Positions 1 through 9,636 of a stretch of 64,000 bases of DNA are shown piece after piece. The notes under the pieces were generated by a model. It made no database searches, was not told where the DNA came from, and worked only from the letters and a program-made list of their open reading frames with translations. The translations under genes were made by a program, and so were the position numbers. Source of the DNA: a virus; IMG/VR virus record IMGVR_UViG_3300035696_001556, positions 1 through 64,000 of that record. One strand, 5' to 3'. Position 1 is the stretch's first letter. Every line of letters starts with the position of its first letter.

Positions 1-118
1 CTTCACTCACTTGATAGACTTAATAAATATACGCTGATTTTAAGAAAATGTCAAGGTTTGTTTTTGTTGTTCGCTTTCATCCCACGGCTAAAGCCGTGGG
101 CTTTCCCGCTCACAGATC
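1..118 (-). mobile_element. Left end of an IS200/IS605-family (IS1341-like) element that continues off the left edge
   Basis: Perfect hairpin cccacggctaaagccgtggg at 81-100. The minus strand reads TTAC|GATCTGTGAGCGGGAAAGCCCACGGCTTTAGCCGTGGGATGAAAGCGA, nearly identical to the left end at 12682-12730. Confidence 0.8.
26..54 (-). promoter_or_regulatory. Sigma70-type promoter inside the IS left end
   Basis: Minus strand TTGACA-17 nt-TATATT, pointing into the element. Confidence 0.7.
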
Positions 119-357
119 GTAAATTGAAAAAGGATTTTGTAGTTTCACAAGACGAGATCTACAAAAAGGGTACGCTTGCCATTGTGCCTGAAATCCATAG
201 AAAACATGATGGTTTTTGTTGTAGTGTTTTCTTTGTTGATGAAAAAGGTAAAGGTCTAAAAGGTCCTGGGGGACAGGCAGCATGGTTTTGTTTAAGTGCT
301 TTTAAACCTCGTAAAGCTTGGTTTTGTCGTAACAGATATCCTGCAACACTATTATAA
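119..357 (+). pseudogene. 3' part of a hypothetical phage gene cut off by the IS insertion
   Basis: ORF 58..357 has its first ~20 codons in IS end sequence. The remainder (KLKKDFVVSQ...PATLL) looks like normal phage coding sequence. Confidence 0.5.
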
Positions 358-377
358 CACAGAAGAAGGAGCCTCAA

Positions 378-701
378 ATGAAACTGTGTAATAAGCCATT
401 GACAGATTTTCAACTAACTGAGCAAGAATTAATAGAAGAGCGCCGATTTGGTTTAATAGCATTAATGTGCAACAAAATCCTTAGACTACAACAAAAGTGT
501 GAGAGAGATCTTTTTGTAGATTTGGACGATTTAAAAACAAAAAATGGTATGATAAGTTTTAATGTGTGGGAACGGGATAGAAAAGTGGGAATAAATAAGA
601 ATACTTTAGAGCTTGCAGTATTACATATAAATAAACACAACAAACCGGATGGATTAATATTTAAAGGAAGAGTTAAGAAGTTCAAAGATGCTAAAAGGTA
701 G
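378..701 (+). CDS. hypothetical protein
   Basis: 107-aa ORF with aaggag RBS, tightly packed with neighbours. Confidence 0.7.
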   Translation: MKLCNKPLTDFQLTEQELIEERRFGLIALMCNKILRLQQKCERDLFVDLDDLKTKNGMISFNVWERDRKVGINKNTLELAVLHINKHNKPDGLIFKGRVKKFKDAKR

Positions 702-704
702 CTA

Positions 705-1631
705 ATGCTGGACAAGACTGTAATAAAGAATAACAAAAGATTCCTGGTGAATAGCCCGGATACCTTCCTGGCAAATCTTTTTATTGAAGAGTGCATCGAG
801 GTGCATAAAGATTATGAATTAATGCCATGCTACGATTCGCAGACTTTTATTGAGACTTTAAATAGAGGAACTTTATTTAATTCCGGTAATAAGATGGTGA
901 CTCTGGCTGGGCTGACTGATGACATGGTGCAAGATATAGAATTTATATCGAACTATGAAACCGACGACATACTAATCCTGGTAGAAACATCAATCCTTAG
1001 TAAAAATAAAGCATACACAAAGCTGAAAGCTTCTTTTGTGTATCAGAAGCTTGAAAATCTGTCAGAGAAGGAATGTCGAACTTGGCTTCATACGTATATG
1101 ATCAAACAAAATCTTAAGTTTGTCCCCGAGATACCGGCATATATAATCAAGAAAAGAGGTACGGATTTAAGAGCCTTGGCTAATGAGGTTAAGAAGCTAA
1201 AACTCCTGGGAAAAGAAGTCACAGAGGCTTTGTGTGCCAACATAATCTCAGACTCTAACGAATCCGATTTTTATACTTTTATAGATCATTTTGAGCACAA
1301 ACGGATAATCGAATGCCTGCAAGAGTTCAAAAAGGTAGATGAGACCCAGTATATACAGCTGCTCCATTTTATGATAGGACATATCGAAAAACTGTATAAG
1401 GTATCTATTTTTAGGGAGCAGAAGAAAAGCTCTGAAGAGATCGCGGAGCTCATGGGGTTACCAAAGTTCGTGATAACTACCAAGTTTTATACTTCTATGT
1501 CTATTTTTGGAAAAGTAAAATTATTGATGATCCTTGACTTGCTGAATGAGCTAGATATTAAATTGAGATTAACTAAATATGATAATAAGCAGGTCTTTGA
1601 ATTCTATATGTTGAAGATGTTCAAGTTGTAA
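705..1631 (+). CDS. holA: DNA polymerase III delta (HolA)-like clamp-loader subunit
   Basis: Size and the motifs DLRALANEVKKLKLL and EIAELMGLPKFV...LNELDIKLR resemble HolA; a DnaX gene is nearby. Confidence 0.75.
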   Translation: MLDKTVIKNNKRFLVNSPDTFLANLFIEECIEVHKDYELMPCYDSQTFIETLNRGTLFNSGNKMVTLAGLTDDMVQDIEFISNYETDDILILVETSILSKNKAYTKLKASFVYQKLENLSEKECRTWLHTYMIKQNLKFVPEIPAYIIKKRGTDLRALANEVKKLKLLGKEVTEALCANIISDSNESDFYTFIDHFEHKRIIECLQEFKKVDETQYIQLLHFMIGHIEKLYKVSIFREQKKSSEEIAELMGLPKFVITTKFYTSMSIFGKVKLLMILDLLNELDIKLRLTKYDNKQVFEFYMLKMFKL

Positions 1632-1641
1632 GGAGAATAGT

Positions 1642-2025
1642 ATGAAAATGAAGATACAATATAAACGTGAGCCAGACGGCTGTATACATGTTTTTGATGC
1701 TAAAGCCGGATCACAGATTAGGCAGATAGATAGTAATTTAAAAGTAGAGATTACGGATAGATATACTTTTGGAAGAGTGTACCCGAATGTCATAAATTTG
1801 GGAGAAAAAGCACCAACAAAACATAAGGCTTATCAACAATTAGCAAGTTTAGAGTTGAAATTAGCAAAGAGATTGCGATTACCTAATGTGACAGTCGTCA
1901 GAACTTTCCATGACATAAACTATAAAGAAGCTGTAGGCTATCCAAAAAAACCTCATTTTGTATATCATATCGAACGAGTTGTTTGTATATACGGAATAAA
2001 AGAAAATAAGACGTTAAAGCTGTAA
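1642..2025 (+). CDS. hypothetical protein
   Basis: ORF with aaggag RBS. Confidence 0.7.
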   Translation: MKMKIQYKREPDGCIHVFDAKAGSQIRQIDSNLKVEITDRYTFGRVYPNVINLGEKAPTKHKAYQQLASLELKLAKRLRLPNVTVVRTFHDINYKEAVGYPKKPHFVYHIERVVCIYGIKENKTLKL

Positions 2026-2040
2026 CTGCAGGAGGGCTGT

Positions 2041-2586
2041 ATGGAAAACGAAAATATAGAAGCTTTGGAAAAATTTCCTCAAGCTAACATATGTCCTGGA
2101 CCGCCAGTTGAGATTGAAAAGAAGCTTAAAGAATTGCGAGAAAATCTTCCAAATGGAGCAATCCTCGAAGATATACAAAACGACTGTCTTGGACAGATTG
2201 TTAAGATGGAGATGCGTAATCCACATGACTGGGTTGCCTATATCTTACAGCAGCTGGTAGAAGCTACACCCGAATGGCCTTTGAATCACGATATTTTTAG
2301 AAAAAAAATGATCCGTGTAGCTGCTTTAGCTATAAAAGCAATAGAATGGATAGACAAAGATCAAAAGAAAGCCGATAAGTTAGAGAATGAGATAAAAGTT
2401 CAGTCGGATAGTAATCCTTACGAGATTGCTCTTGAGGTTCTTGAGAAATATCTCAAGACCCACGATATGTACTCGTCCGATGAGTGTGATTACAGGTTTT
2501 GGTGTTTAGAGCAACTCAACACAATTAAAGAGAGAAAAAGAAAATTAAATGTTTCCAACAATAGTGTGCCTCTGTGGATCGACTAG
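2041..2586 (+). CDS. hypothetical protein
   Basis: ORF with ggagg RBS. Confidence 0.7.
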   Translation: MENENIEALEKFPQANICPGPPVEIEKKLKELRENLPNGAILEDIQNDCLGQIVKMEMRNPHDWVAYILQQLVEATPEWPLNHDIFRKKMIRVAALAIKAIEWIDKDQKKADKLENEIKVQSDSNPYEIALEVLEKYLKTHDMYSSDECDYRFWCLEQLNTIKERKRKLNVSNNSVPLWID

Positions 2587-2890
2587 ATTTTTCAAGGAGT
2601 TTATGCTAGCCAACTATCAAGAGACGATGGCTGGCCGTATAGTTCTGTCTGTTGGGTTCTTTCCGCACTCTTCCGAAGAAGCCCACGGAGAGCATATTGG
2701 TATTACACCAGAACAAAAGATTCAGTTGGACGAACTCCATAAAAGGAAAATAGACTTGGCGGATGAGATCCTAGTACTTAATGTCGGTGGGTACATAGGT
2801 GAATCTACCCTTAGTGAAATAGCTTATGCTATTACAAAAGGGAAATGTATACGGTATTTGGAATCTCACGAAAAGAATCCTAGTTTATAA
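2549..2890 (+). CDS. Conserved phage protein, nucleoside-deoxyribosyltransferase/DUF4406-like fold
   Basis: IVCLCGSTRF...HKRKIDLADEILVLNVGGYIGESTLSEIAYA pattern. Confidence 0.65.
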   Translation: MFPTIVCLCGSTRFFKEFMLANYQETMAGRIVLSVGFFPHSSEEAHGEHIGITPEQKIQLDELHKRKIDLADEILVLNVGGYIGESTLSEIAYAITKGKCIRYLESHEKNPSL

Positions 2891-2901
2891 TAGGAGGTGT
2901 T

Positions 2902-3321
2902 ATGAAAGATTTTACCCTCATGGAAGCAGAAAAATATTTGAAAGAAACCATATCCCCCGAGCATCTATATATCACCCATCTTGTTATTGGATGGCTTCCT
3001 ATTTTTAGCATGCACCACCCTAAGAAAGACCTTATTTTAATAGGAAAACTCTCGAAGTTTATTCCAGCTAAATATGACAGCCATGGGAACGGGCACGGAC
3101 CTGAGGTAGTGTTGCAAATGCTTCACGATCTGCCTTGTCTCTTGCGCTCTATTAAAAGTAAAACGAAGCATTTAAGAAAGAAGTGGACAGCTTATATAGA
3201 GTTTTACAGTTGGCCTGATCTTAATGCTTCTGCCGGTCTTGTCTATATGTCGGCATGCATACACAAAGGGATGAACTCGAAAGATATAAGAAGGGATTTA
3301 AAAATTCATGGAGGATTCTAA
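2902..3321 (+). CDS. hypothetical protein
   Basis: aggagg RBS, 139-aa ORF. Confidence 0.7.
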   Translation: MKDFTLMEAEKYLKETISPEHLYITHLVIGWLPIFSMHHPKKDLILIGKLSKFIPAKYDSHGNGHGPEVVLQMLHDLPCLLRSIKSKTKHLRKKWTAYIEFYSWPDLNASAGLVYMSACIHKGMNSKDIRRDLKIHGGF

Positions 3322-3619
3322 GATAAAGATAGATCTTGATATTGATAAAGATCGAATTCGTGAAATCGTGGATGAAGCCTTAACAATGATCTATGAATAC
3401 GTTGGCGGCGACTATACTGTTACGAGGGAAGACGTACTTAAGGAGTTGGAGCTTTTTCTGAGTAATGGCCAGATATCTACTCATTTTTTTTTGAGATTGG
3501 GATGCAAGAAAATACCGGATCTCCTTCTCAGGATAGATCCAAGAAGAAGAAAAGTTCTTTGTACCTCTAGTTTAAAAAAAAGAGCCGCACATATAAATTA
3601 TTTTTTAAGGGCGCTATAA
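3308..3619 (+). CDS. hypothetical protein
   Basis: Overlapping operon arrangement. Confidence 0.65.
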   Translation: MEDSKIKIDLDIDKDRIREIVDEALTMIYEYVGGDYTVTREDVLKELELFLSNGQISTHFFLRLGCKKIPDLLLRIDPRRRKVLCTSSLKKRAAHINYFLRAL

Positions 3620-4116
3620 TGAAGGTTGAGCCTTTGTTTATACGTTATGCCAATGGACTCGTAGGGGCAGAAGAGATAGTGAATTCCTTTTTGGAGTCCA
3701 ATTTCGATAAACGTTCTGAAGAGATAGCCAAAGAAGCTCTTAAAAAGCTTCCGGATTTAGCTCTTTTTAAAAGGGATTTCTGTAATCTTTTGTTAGATAT
3801 AATAGATAACGGTATAAGAAAGCCTTCGATAAATTATGTAAATGACTATATGAAACCTTCTTTGGAAGAGATTGTTGAAGGGAGCTCAGCCAGCAGATCA
3901 GGAGAGAAACGGCAAATAATAATAAAAGCAAAAGATACCCCCTGGATAGAAGCCATAGTCTGTTACAACCTCTGTCTTTACATTAAGATGTTTGGTTTTC
4001 TTGAAATTAAGCATTGTCCGGTATGTGGAAAATTTTTCAGTCACAAAGGTAAATACGCGAAATACTGCAGCGACATTTGCAAAGGACCTAAAAATGAAAA
4101 GAAAGAAATCCACTAA
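3619..4116 (+). CDS. Protein with C-terminal CGNR-like zinc finger
   Basis: CPVCGKFF...KYCSDIC. Confidence 0.6.
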   Translation: MKVEPLFIRYANGLVGAEEIVNSFLESNFDKRSEEIAKEALKKLPDLALFKRDFCNLLLDIIDNGIRKPSINYVNDYMKPSLEEIVEGSSASRSGEKRQIIIKAKDTPWIEAIVCYNLCLYIKMFGFLEIKHCPVCGKFFSHKGKYAKYCSDICKGPKNEKKEIH

Positions 4117-4336
4117 TCTAAGGATGCAAGATATTCAAAGTCATCCTGAGAAGCATAAGCACGATTTTAATGGTCTGATGAAGTGCTGTAAAGTTATGAC
4201 AGATTTTAATGGATACATGATAGAAGCCTTTGATTTGAGTCTTTTAGAAGCCCATAAAAAATTAAATATAGGAATGAATGGCGGAGAGCGCTGTGATGTG
4301 GTAAAAGGACCTTGCGCCTGTGGAGTGTGGCACTGA
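4094..4336 (+). CDS. hypothetical Cys/His-containing protein
   Basis: In-frame ATG at 4094 after aagga; C-terminal CDVVKGPCACGVWH. Confidence 0.6.
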   Translation: MKRKKSTNLRMQDIQSHPEKHKHDFNGLMKCCKVMTDFNGYMIEAFDLSLLEAHKKLNIGMNGGERCDVVKGPCACGVWH

Positions 4337-4857
4337 TGAACCTCGTAATTTGTTGCGGCTTACAGAAGGCTTATTTGAATCCTAAGGGCTCTAGGTATCT
4401 TGGGGAAAAAGCGGACATTTTAGATATTAGGTTAAAGTCGTATTTTAAGTCTTTGAATTTACAGGAAAATGTAGTATATTTAGTACGAGAGATCCACCAG
4501 CCCGATGATAGCTTTTTCCTCAACAAAAAGTCAGGCTCACTCGTAGGGTCAGATGACATCGAAATACCAGAATTCTACAGAGCATACTCGAAACTCGTAT
4601 TTAACATCATGCGCTATAATGCGTTTTATCAGACCCCGTTGGATTCTGAGATCTATAAACTTAAACCAAGAACAGTTACAGTTATCGGGGTGGAGACACA
4701 CACAACGATATTATTTACGGCTGAAGAATTAAGAAACAGGGGATATAATGTAGTGGTTATTGAGCCACTCGTAACATCCAATGATGATTATCTACATAAC
4801 ATAGGGATAACCCTTTTGCATAACTTTTTAACTGTAAACATCCAACAAGCGGGGTAA
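4336..4857 (+). CDS. Isochorismatase/nicotinamidase-fold protein with degenerate catalytic triad
   Basis: Family pattern LQKAYL..G...REIHQPDD...G...RYNAFYQT.L...VTVIGVET...TA.E...RGYNV; TGATG coupling at 4334-4338. Confidence 0.7.
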   Translation: MNLVICCGLQKAYLNPKGSRYLGEKADILDIRLKSYFKSLNLQENVVYLVREIHQPDDSFFLNKKSGSLVGSDDIEIPEFYRAYSKLVFNIMRYNAFYQTPLDSEIYKLKPRTVTVIGVETHTTILFTAEELRNRGYNVVVIEPLVTSNDDYLHNIGITLLHNFLTVNIQQAG

Positions 4858-4860
4858 TCT

Positions 4861-5211
4861 ATGTCGTACGCCCAATATAAAGTTAGATGCACATCTTGCG
4901 AAACAGATACATACTTAGTGAGTCAAGAAAGTAATCCGATCATATACAGGTGTAAAGGCTGCAAAAGATACGTGGTTATATGGAATGATCGAGCGTTTAC
5001 TGTGAGTGAAAATTTTTTCTTAAAAGAAATACAGAAACATAATTTAAAGTATTGCGGACAGATTACCAGGATTTGTAAAGCAGATCCTAAACCAGCATCG
5101 GCCCCTAAAAAACCGGTAAAAAAGAATGAGATTACAGAAACAGACATCGAAGAACTTCGTGAATTCCTATCAAGAACCCAAGATTCCTCAGACATCATAA
5201 AAAAGTTGTAA
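4861..5211 (+). CDS. Zinc-ribbon protein
   Basis: CTSC...CKGC. Confidence 0.65.
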   Translation: MSYAQYKVRCTSCETDTYLVSQESNPIIYRCKGCKRYVVIWNDRAFTVSENFFLKEIQKHNLKYCGQITRICKADPKPASAPKKPVKKNEITETDIEELREFLSRTQDSSDIIKKL

Positions 5212-5304
5212 CAGCCACTTTAATTTAGCGCATAAACTGTATTATATTAAATAGATGGAGCTTGATATAGCTCTTCAAATAGTTAAAGAAGCATTTAAGG
5301 AAAA

Positions 5305-6501
5305 ATGCATAAATTAGCTCATTCTATTCGCCTTAACCCAACCAATACCCAGGAGACTTTCTTTAAAAAGGCTTGTGGCGTAGCTCGGGTAGCCTATAAT
5401 TATGGCCTCTCCGAGTACCAGAAAAAAAGAGCTTCTGGTGGAAAACCTGATATTTTAGAAATCAAAAAGCAGTCTAACCGAGAGAAAAAGACTTTGTTTC
5501 CTTGGATGTCCGAGACTAACAAAGACGCAAATCAACAACCCTTTGCGCATTTACAAGATGCCTTTTCTCGGTTTTTTAATCATCAAAACAGATATCCCAA
5601 ATTTAAAAAAAAGGGCAAAAAAGACTCCTTCTATATTTCTAATGACAAATTCGATGTGGAGGGAAACAAATTCTGGGTACCCAAACTGGGATGGGTCAAG
5701 GGAACAGAAGAATTGCGCTTCAAGGGAAAAATAACTTCAGCAGTTATCCGTAGAAAAGCTAATTATTGGTTCGTGGTAGTCAGTGTTGAAACCGACCAAG
5801 CATTTACGACTTGCGAGAACCAAGCAGTTGTGGGTGTGGATCTCGGAATTAAAACTCTGGCTATGCTGTCTGACGGAAAGTTTGTGGAGTCTGTTGGTCC
5901 TCTTCGTGCTCGGCTAAAAAGATTAAAACGACTTCAGAGATGGGCTTCTCGAAAGCTTCTGGGATCATCTAATCAAAGAAAAGCGAATCAGAAAGTGGCT
6001 AAGATCCACTATGAGGTTGCCTGTCTGAGAAAAGATATCCTTGATAAACTTACAAAATATCTCTGTGAGAATTATCAGGTGATAGTAATTGAAGATTTAA
6101 ATGTGTCGGATATGATAAAGAATCATAATTTGGCACTTTCAATATCTGATTTAGGTTTTGGAGAATTTAGGAGACAGCTTGAATACAAATCTGTACTTCA
6201 CGGAAACACACTCATCATAACTGACAGGTGGTTCCCATCAAGTAAGATTTGCTCAGGATGTGGACACACAAAAAAGACTCTGTTGCTTTCAGAAAGAGAA
6301 TATATCTGTGAGAATTGCGGACAAGTTATAGATCGTGACTTGAATGCAGCCATAAATCTTAGAAACTACGGTCTAAAACAAATAGGGATGGCGTGTCCCG
6401 AATTAACGCCTGTAGACATGGAAGCTCTGGCTTATTCGTCAGCAATTGGGATAAGTGAAACTTCCGTGAATGAAACAGGAATCGTTAGTGCTCACATTTG
6501 A
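5305..6501 (+). CDS. tnpB: TnpB RNA-guided endonuclease (IS607-like, N-terminal HTH_OrfB)
   Basis: ACGVARVAYNYGL; RuvC motifs GVDLG, IEDLN, DRDLNAA; zinc finger CSGC/CENC. Confidence 0.95.
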   Translation: MHKLAHSIRLNPTNTQETFFKKACGVARVAYNYGLSEYQKKRASGGKPDILEIKKQSNREKKTLFPWMSETNKDANQQPFAHLQDAFSRFFNHQNRYPKFKKKGKKDSFYISNDKFDVEGNKFWVPKLGWVKGTEELRFKGKITSAVIRRKANYWFVVVSVETDQAFTTCENQAVVGVDLGIKTLAMLSDGKFVESVGPLRARLKRLKRLQRWASRKLLGSSNQRKANQKVAKIHYEVACLRKDILDKLTKYLCENYQVIVIEDLNVSDMIKNHNLALSISDLGFGEFRRQLEYKSVLHGNTLIITDRWFPSSKICSGCGHTKKTLLLSEREYICENCGQVIDRDLNAAINLRNYGLKQIGMACPELTPVDMEALAYSSAIGISETSVNETGIVSAHI

Positions 6502-6540
6502 GCACTTAGAAAGTAGCAGATAAGATGGATAAGGATTTAG
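6370..6540 (+). ncRNA. Putative omegaRNA/right end of the 5305 TnpB (guide from ~6520)
   Basis: Overlaps the tnpB 3' end; hairpin gtgctcacatttgagcac followed by ttagaaagtagcag. Boundaries inferred. Confidence 0.6.
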
Positions 6541-6938
6541 AGCTGGACGGAAAACTCGTATATCTTACCAGGTACCAGGAGAAATGGTTTAAAGATCTGG
6601 ACGCTAAATTTGATGTCCCGATAACAAATAGATTAGCTAAGGTCGTAAAGGTCTTCGATTGGGAAACCGAAGAAGGAAAGATCTTATTAGCTGAACGCGA
6701 AAAAACCGGAAAGTGGGCGCGCTTAGACCCCAAAGCTTTCAAGTTTGTCTTAAAAGTTTATTATCCAGAGCTTGTTTTTAAAAATTCAAAAAGAGTTATG
6801 TTGGAAGAAGTAACCTCAAGATATTATCCCGGGACGACACATGAGATGTTTAGTCTGATCCCAGACTGGATGTTGAAGGATATCGTCAAAGAAGAAAAAA
6901 ATACTTTTAAAGTAGAATTAAAAGGCAAGAAAGATTAA
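6525..6938 (+). CDS. hypothetical protein
   Basis: 137-aa ORF translationally coupled to the primase. Confidence 0.75.
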   Translation: MDKDLELDGKLVYLTRYQEKWFKDLDAKFDVPITNRLAKVVKVFDWETEEGKILLAEREKTGKWARLDPKAFKFVLKVYYPELVFKNSKRVMLEEVTSRYYPGTTHEMFSLIPDWMLKDIVKEEKNTFKVELKGKKD

Positions 6939-7627
6939 TGTACTTAGATGAATTCGTCGAACGTGCTGGAAGGATGGTTTTTGAATACGAAGAGCCCTTG
7001 GCGTATCTGGAGGGCAGGGGTTTTACAAAGGAAGATATTAAGAGATTTGGCTTTGGATTTTTGAAGGTAGCGAAAATAAAGAAAGAAAACTCCCCGGATT
7101 ACAAGAAACTGCACGATGAGACATACGGATTTAGATCGTTAGAAAACCGTATTATCATACCTTTGAAAAATATTCTTGGCAGGGTAAACGGTTTAGTAGC
7201 AAGATCGATTAAGGATAAGAAATATAATCTGTATCTTTTAAAAGAAGGAAAAGATATAGGTGCCTGGTACGGTCTGTATGAAGCGTTACCGCACATAATG
7301 CAGACCAAAAAAGTGTTCGTACATGAAGGAGCTTTCAATTCGGCTTCTTTTTCTAAAGTTTTCCCAAACACGGTCTCTTCCCTAACATCTTTCATCAACG
7401 ATCAGCAATATGAATTAATACGAATGTTTGCGGACCTCATTATACTCGTCTATGATGATGATGAGGCGGGACAGATAGGGGTAGCTACTCTAAAGAAAAG
7501 ATATGGAAAATACATAGAGACTGTGTCCCTAGGGTATGAAGATGCAAACAGCTGCCTTCAGAAAAGAGGTCCCGCAGGATTTGAGAGTTACTTAAAAAGT
7601 AAAATACCTTTTCTACTTCAACACTGA
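6938..7627 (+). CDS. DnaG-like primase catalytic/Toprim domain (no zinc-binding domain)
   Basis: YLEGRG...FGFGF, NRIIIPL, VFVHEGAFN, LVYDDDEAG, EDAN. Confidence 0.8.
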   Translation: MYLDEFVERAGRMVFEYEEPLAYLEGRGFTKEDIKRFGFGFLKVAKIKKENSPDYKKLHDETYGFRSLENRIIIPLKNILGRVNGLVARSIKDKKYNLYLLKEGKDIGAWYGLYEALPHIMQTKKVFVHEGAFNSASFSKVFPNTVSSLTSFINDQQYELIRMFADLIILVYDDDEAGQIGVATLKKRYGKYIETVSLGYEDANSCLQKRGPAGFESYLKSKIPFLLQH

Positions 7628-7628
7628 G

Positions 7629-8996
7629 GTGAACATGTTTGGTGTAAAGTACAGACCTTTGGATTTTGATAGCGTATTAGGACTTGACAACATAAAAGAT
7701 GTCCTTAAAGCTACGATAAGATCTGAAGAAATAGACCCAGCGTATCTTTTTGTAGGAGACTACTCCACCGGAAAGACGACTCTGGGAAGGATCTTCGCTA
7801 GAAGCCTACTCTGCACCAACAGAAAAGAAGATATGTCTCCCTGCAACGAGTGCGAATCCTGTAAGGATTTTTTATCTGAAAGAAATCAGTCTTATATCGA
7901 AATAGACGCAGCTAATGGAGGGTCAAAAGAAAAGATCCAGGATCTGTTGGAGCTTCTGAAATATGATACGATATCAGGAAAAACGATAATTTTACTTGAT
8001 GAGTGTCAGGAGATAAGTAAAGCTGGAAAAGATGCTCTTCTTGTCGAACTGGAGAAAGAGAACAAAAACGTCATGTTTATTTTTTGTACGACAGAAATAG
8101 ACAAAATGCCTAAGACTCTTCGGTCTCGCTGCCAGGAGTTTCAAATCCCGCAACCTATCGAAGCGAATGTAATCAAAAAGTTGAAAACGATCTGTGAACT
8201 AAACAACCTTAAATACACGCCTGATGCCCTTTATACCTTGGTACAGGCTTCTGGACGGCATTATCGTGATGCTGAAAATAAACTTGGATTAACCTCTAAA
8301 CTAGGAGAGATAAATGAAGAAAATGTAGCAAAGGTCGCGGTTTCGTACAATAAAGAAATAAGTTTTCTTCTGGCGGCTATACCGTATGACCTTACCAAAA
8401 CCCTTAAAGCTGCGGAGTACTTAACCAGCAGAATGAATATAAAAGATATTTACGAAGGGATACTGAGAATCCTTAATGATACCATAAAGTATAATCAGGG
8501 ATTCGCGTTTGAGAATGCTACTTATGCCGAATATCTAAATATCTTATCAAAGCAATATGGTACTTCTGCATTTGAGGTTCTGGATTATCTTCTTACCAAA
8601 CAACGCCTAAATGATATTACGCTTTTCTACTCCGATCTGCTTATAATACATTACAAGTTTCTTCAGTGCCATTTTGATCCGAAAGTGATACCTTCAAAAG
8701 CTCAACCGACAGCGACGGATAAAAAAGAGCCTGAGAAAAAGATAGATCGGGCTCTGAGCATGGAATTCATTAATAAGCAGCCTCCGTGGGAAAAAGAAGA
8801 ACTCATAAGGAAAATCAAGCACAAAAAGTTGCAGGAACAAGAAGATAATCGTCAAACGGAAAAAGTCTCTCAAACATGGGGACCTCAATACCAAGAGCCT
8901 ACTGCTGATAAGAAAGCGCTACTTAGAGGGAAGCTTTCTTCAGATGAATTCAGCAAAGTAGTCAAGGGGTCTCAAAATGAGGAATTTAAAGTATAA
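7629..8996 (+). CDS. dnaX: DNA polymerase III gamma/tau (clamp loader ATPase)
   Basis: KYRPLDF, Walker A GDYSTGKTT, PCNECESC, EIDAA, LLDECQ, SRC motif. Confidence 0.9.
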   Translation: MNMFGVKYRPLDFDSVLGLDNIKDVLKATIRSEEIDPAYLFVGDYSTGKTTLGRIFARSLLCTNRKEDMSPCNECESCKDFLSERNQSYIEIDAANGGSKEKIQDLLELLKYDTISGKTIILLDECQEISKAGKDALLVELEKENKNVMFIFCTTEIDKMPKTLRSRCQEFQIPQPIEANVIKKLKTICELNNLKYTPDALYTLVQASGRHYRDAENKLGLTSKLGEINEENVAKVAVSYNKEISFLLAAIPYDLTKTLKAAEYLTSRMNIKDIYEGILRILNDTIKYNQGFAFENATYAEYLNILSKQYGTSAFEVLDYLLTKQRLNDITLFYSDLLIIHYKFLQCHFDPKVIPSKAQPTATDKKEPEKKIDRALSMEFINKQPPWEKEELIRKIKHKKLQEQEDNRQTEKVSQTWGPQYQEPTADKKALLRGKLSSDEFSKVVKGSQNEEFKV

Positions 8997-9621
8997 GAAA
9001 TCAAAGAAATTACGTAATCGTAAGATAAAAAAAGAAAAGAAAATAAAGAGGATAAAAAAAGCAGTAGAAAAAGAAACGCAGAAGGAGTTTCTTAGGCTAA
9101 ACTACTGTTTTAAAAATAATGATGAAAAATGGATGGCGATACTACTGAACGAAAATAGCCCTGTACTAGAGTTCCATCAGATAATCGAAAAAGAACTCGA
9201 GGAGCTTTTCGGGGATAGTGTCACCTACTTCATGCCGATATATCTGGATGAAAAGATTCCTGGGCTCGGTATACAACTATTTGATGGATATGTTTTTGTT
9301 AAATGTGACAAGGGGATTACAGAGAGCTCTTTCAGCAGGAAGACAGACCACTTAGACAGGATTTTGCATGAGGGATCTAATCCTTATTTTATCACAAACA
9401 AGAACATAAACAAGTTCAAAGCCCAGCTCAAAAGGGAGTTAGAGAAAAGGATTCCTGCCAAAGGATCTAGGGTGATATCGAATACCGGTACGTTCAAAAA
9501 CCAAGAAGGCAAAGTTATATCGGTGAGCAAGAGGAAGAAAACGGCGGTTATAGAGTTCCAGAAGAGGACGAGGATAGTTACGGCCAAACTGTCGGTTATA
9601 AACTTCGAAAAAATAAGATAA
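8977..9621 (+). CDS. NusG-family antitermination factor (NGN + KOW)
   Basis: LFDGYVFV and KOW-like GSRVISNTGTFKNQEGKVISV. Confidence 0.75.
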   Translation: MRNLKYKKSKKLRNRKIKKEKKIKRIKKAVEKETQKEFLRLNYCFKNNDEKWMAILLNENSPVLEFHQIIEKELEELFGDSVTYFMPIYLDEKIPGLGIQLFDGYVFVKCDKGITESSFSRKTDHLDRILHEGSNPYFITNKNINKFKAQLKRELEKRIPAKGSRVISNTGTFKNQEGKVISVSKRKKTAVIEFQKRTRIVTAKLSVINFEKIR

Positions 9622-9636
9622 CAAAGGAGGCATAAT

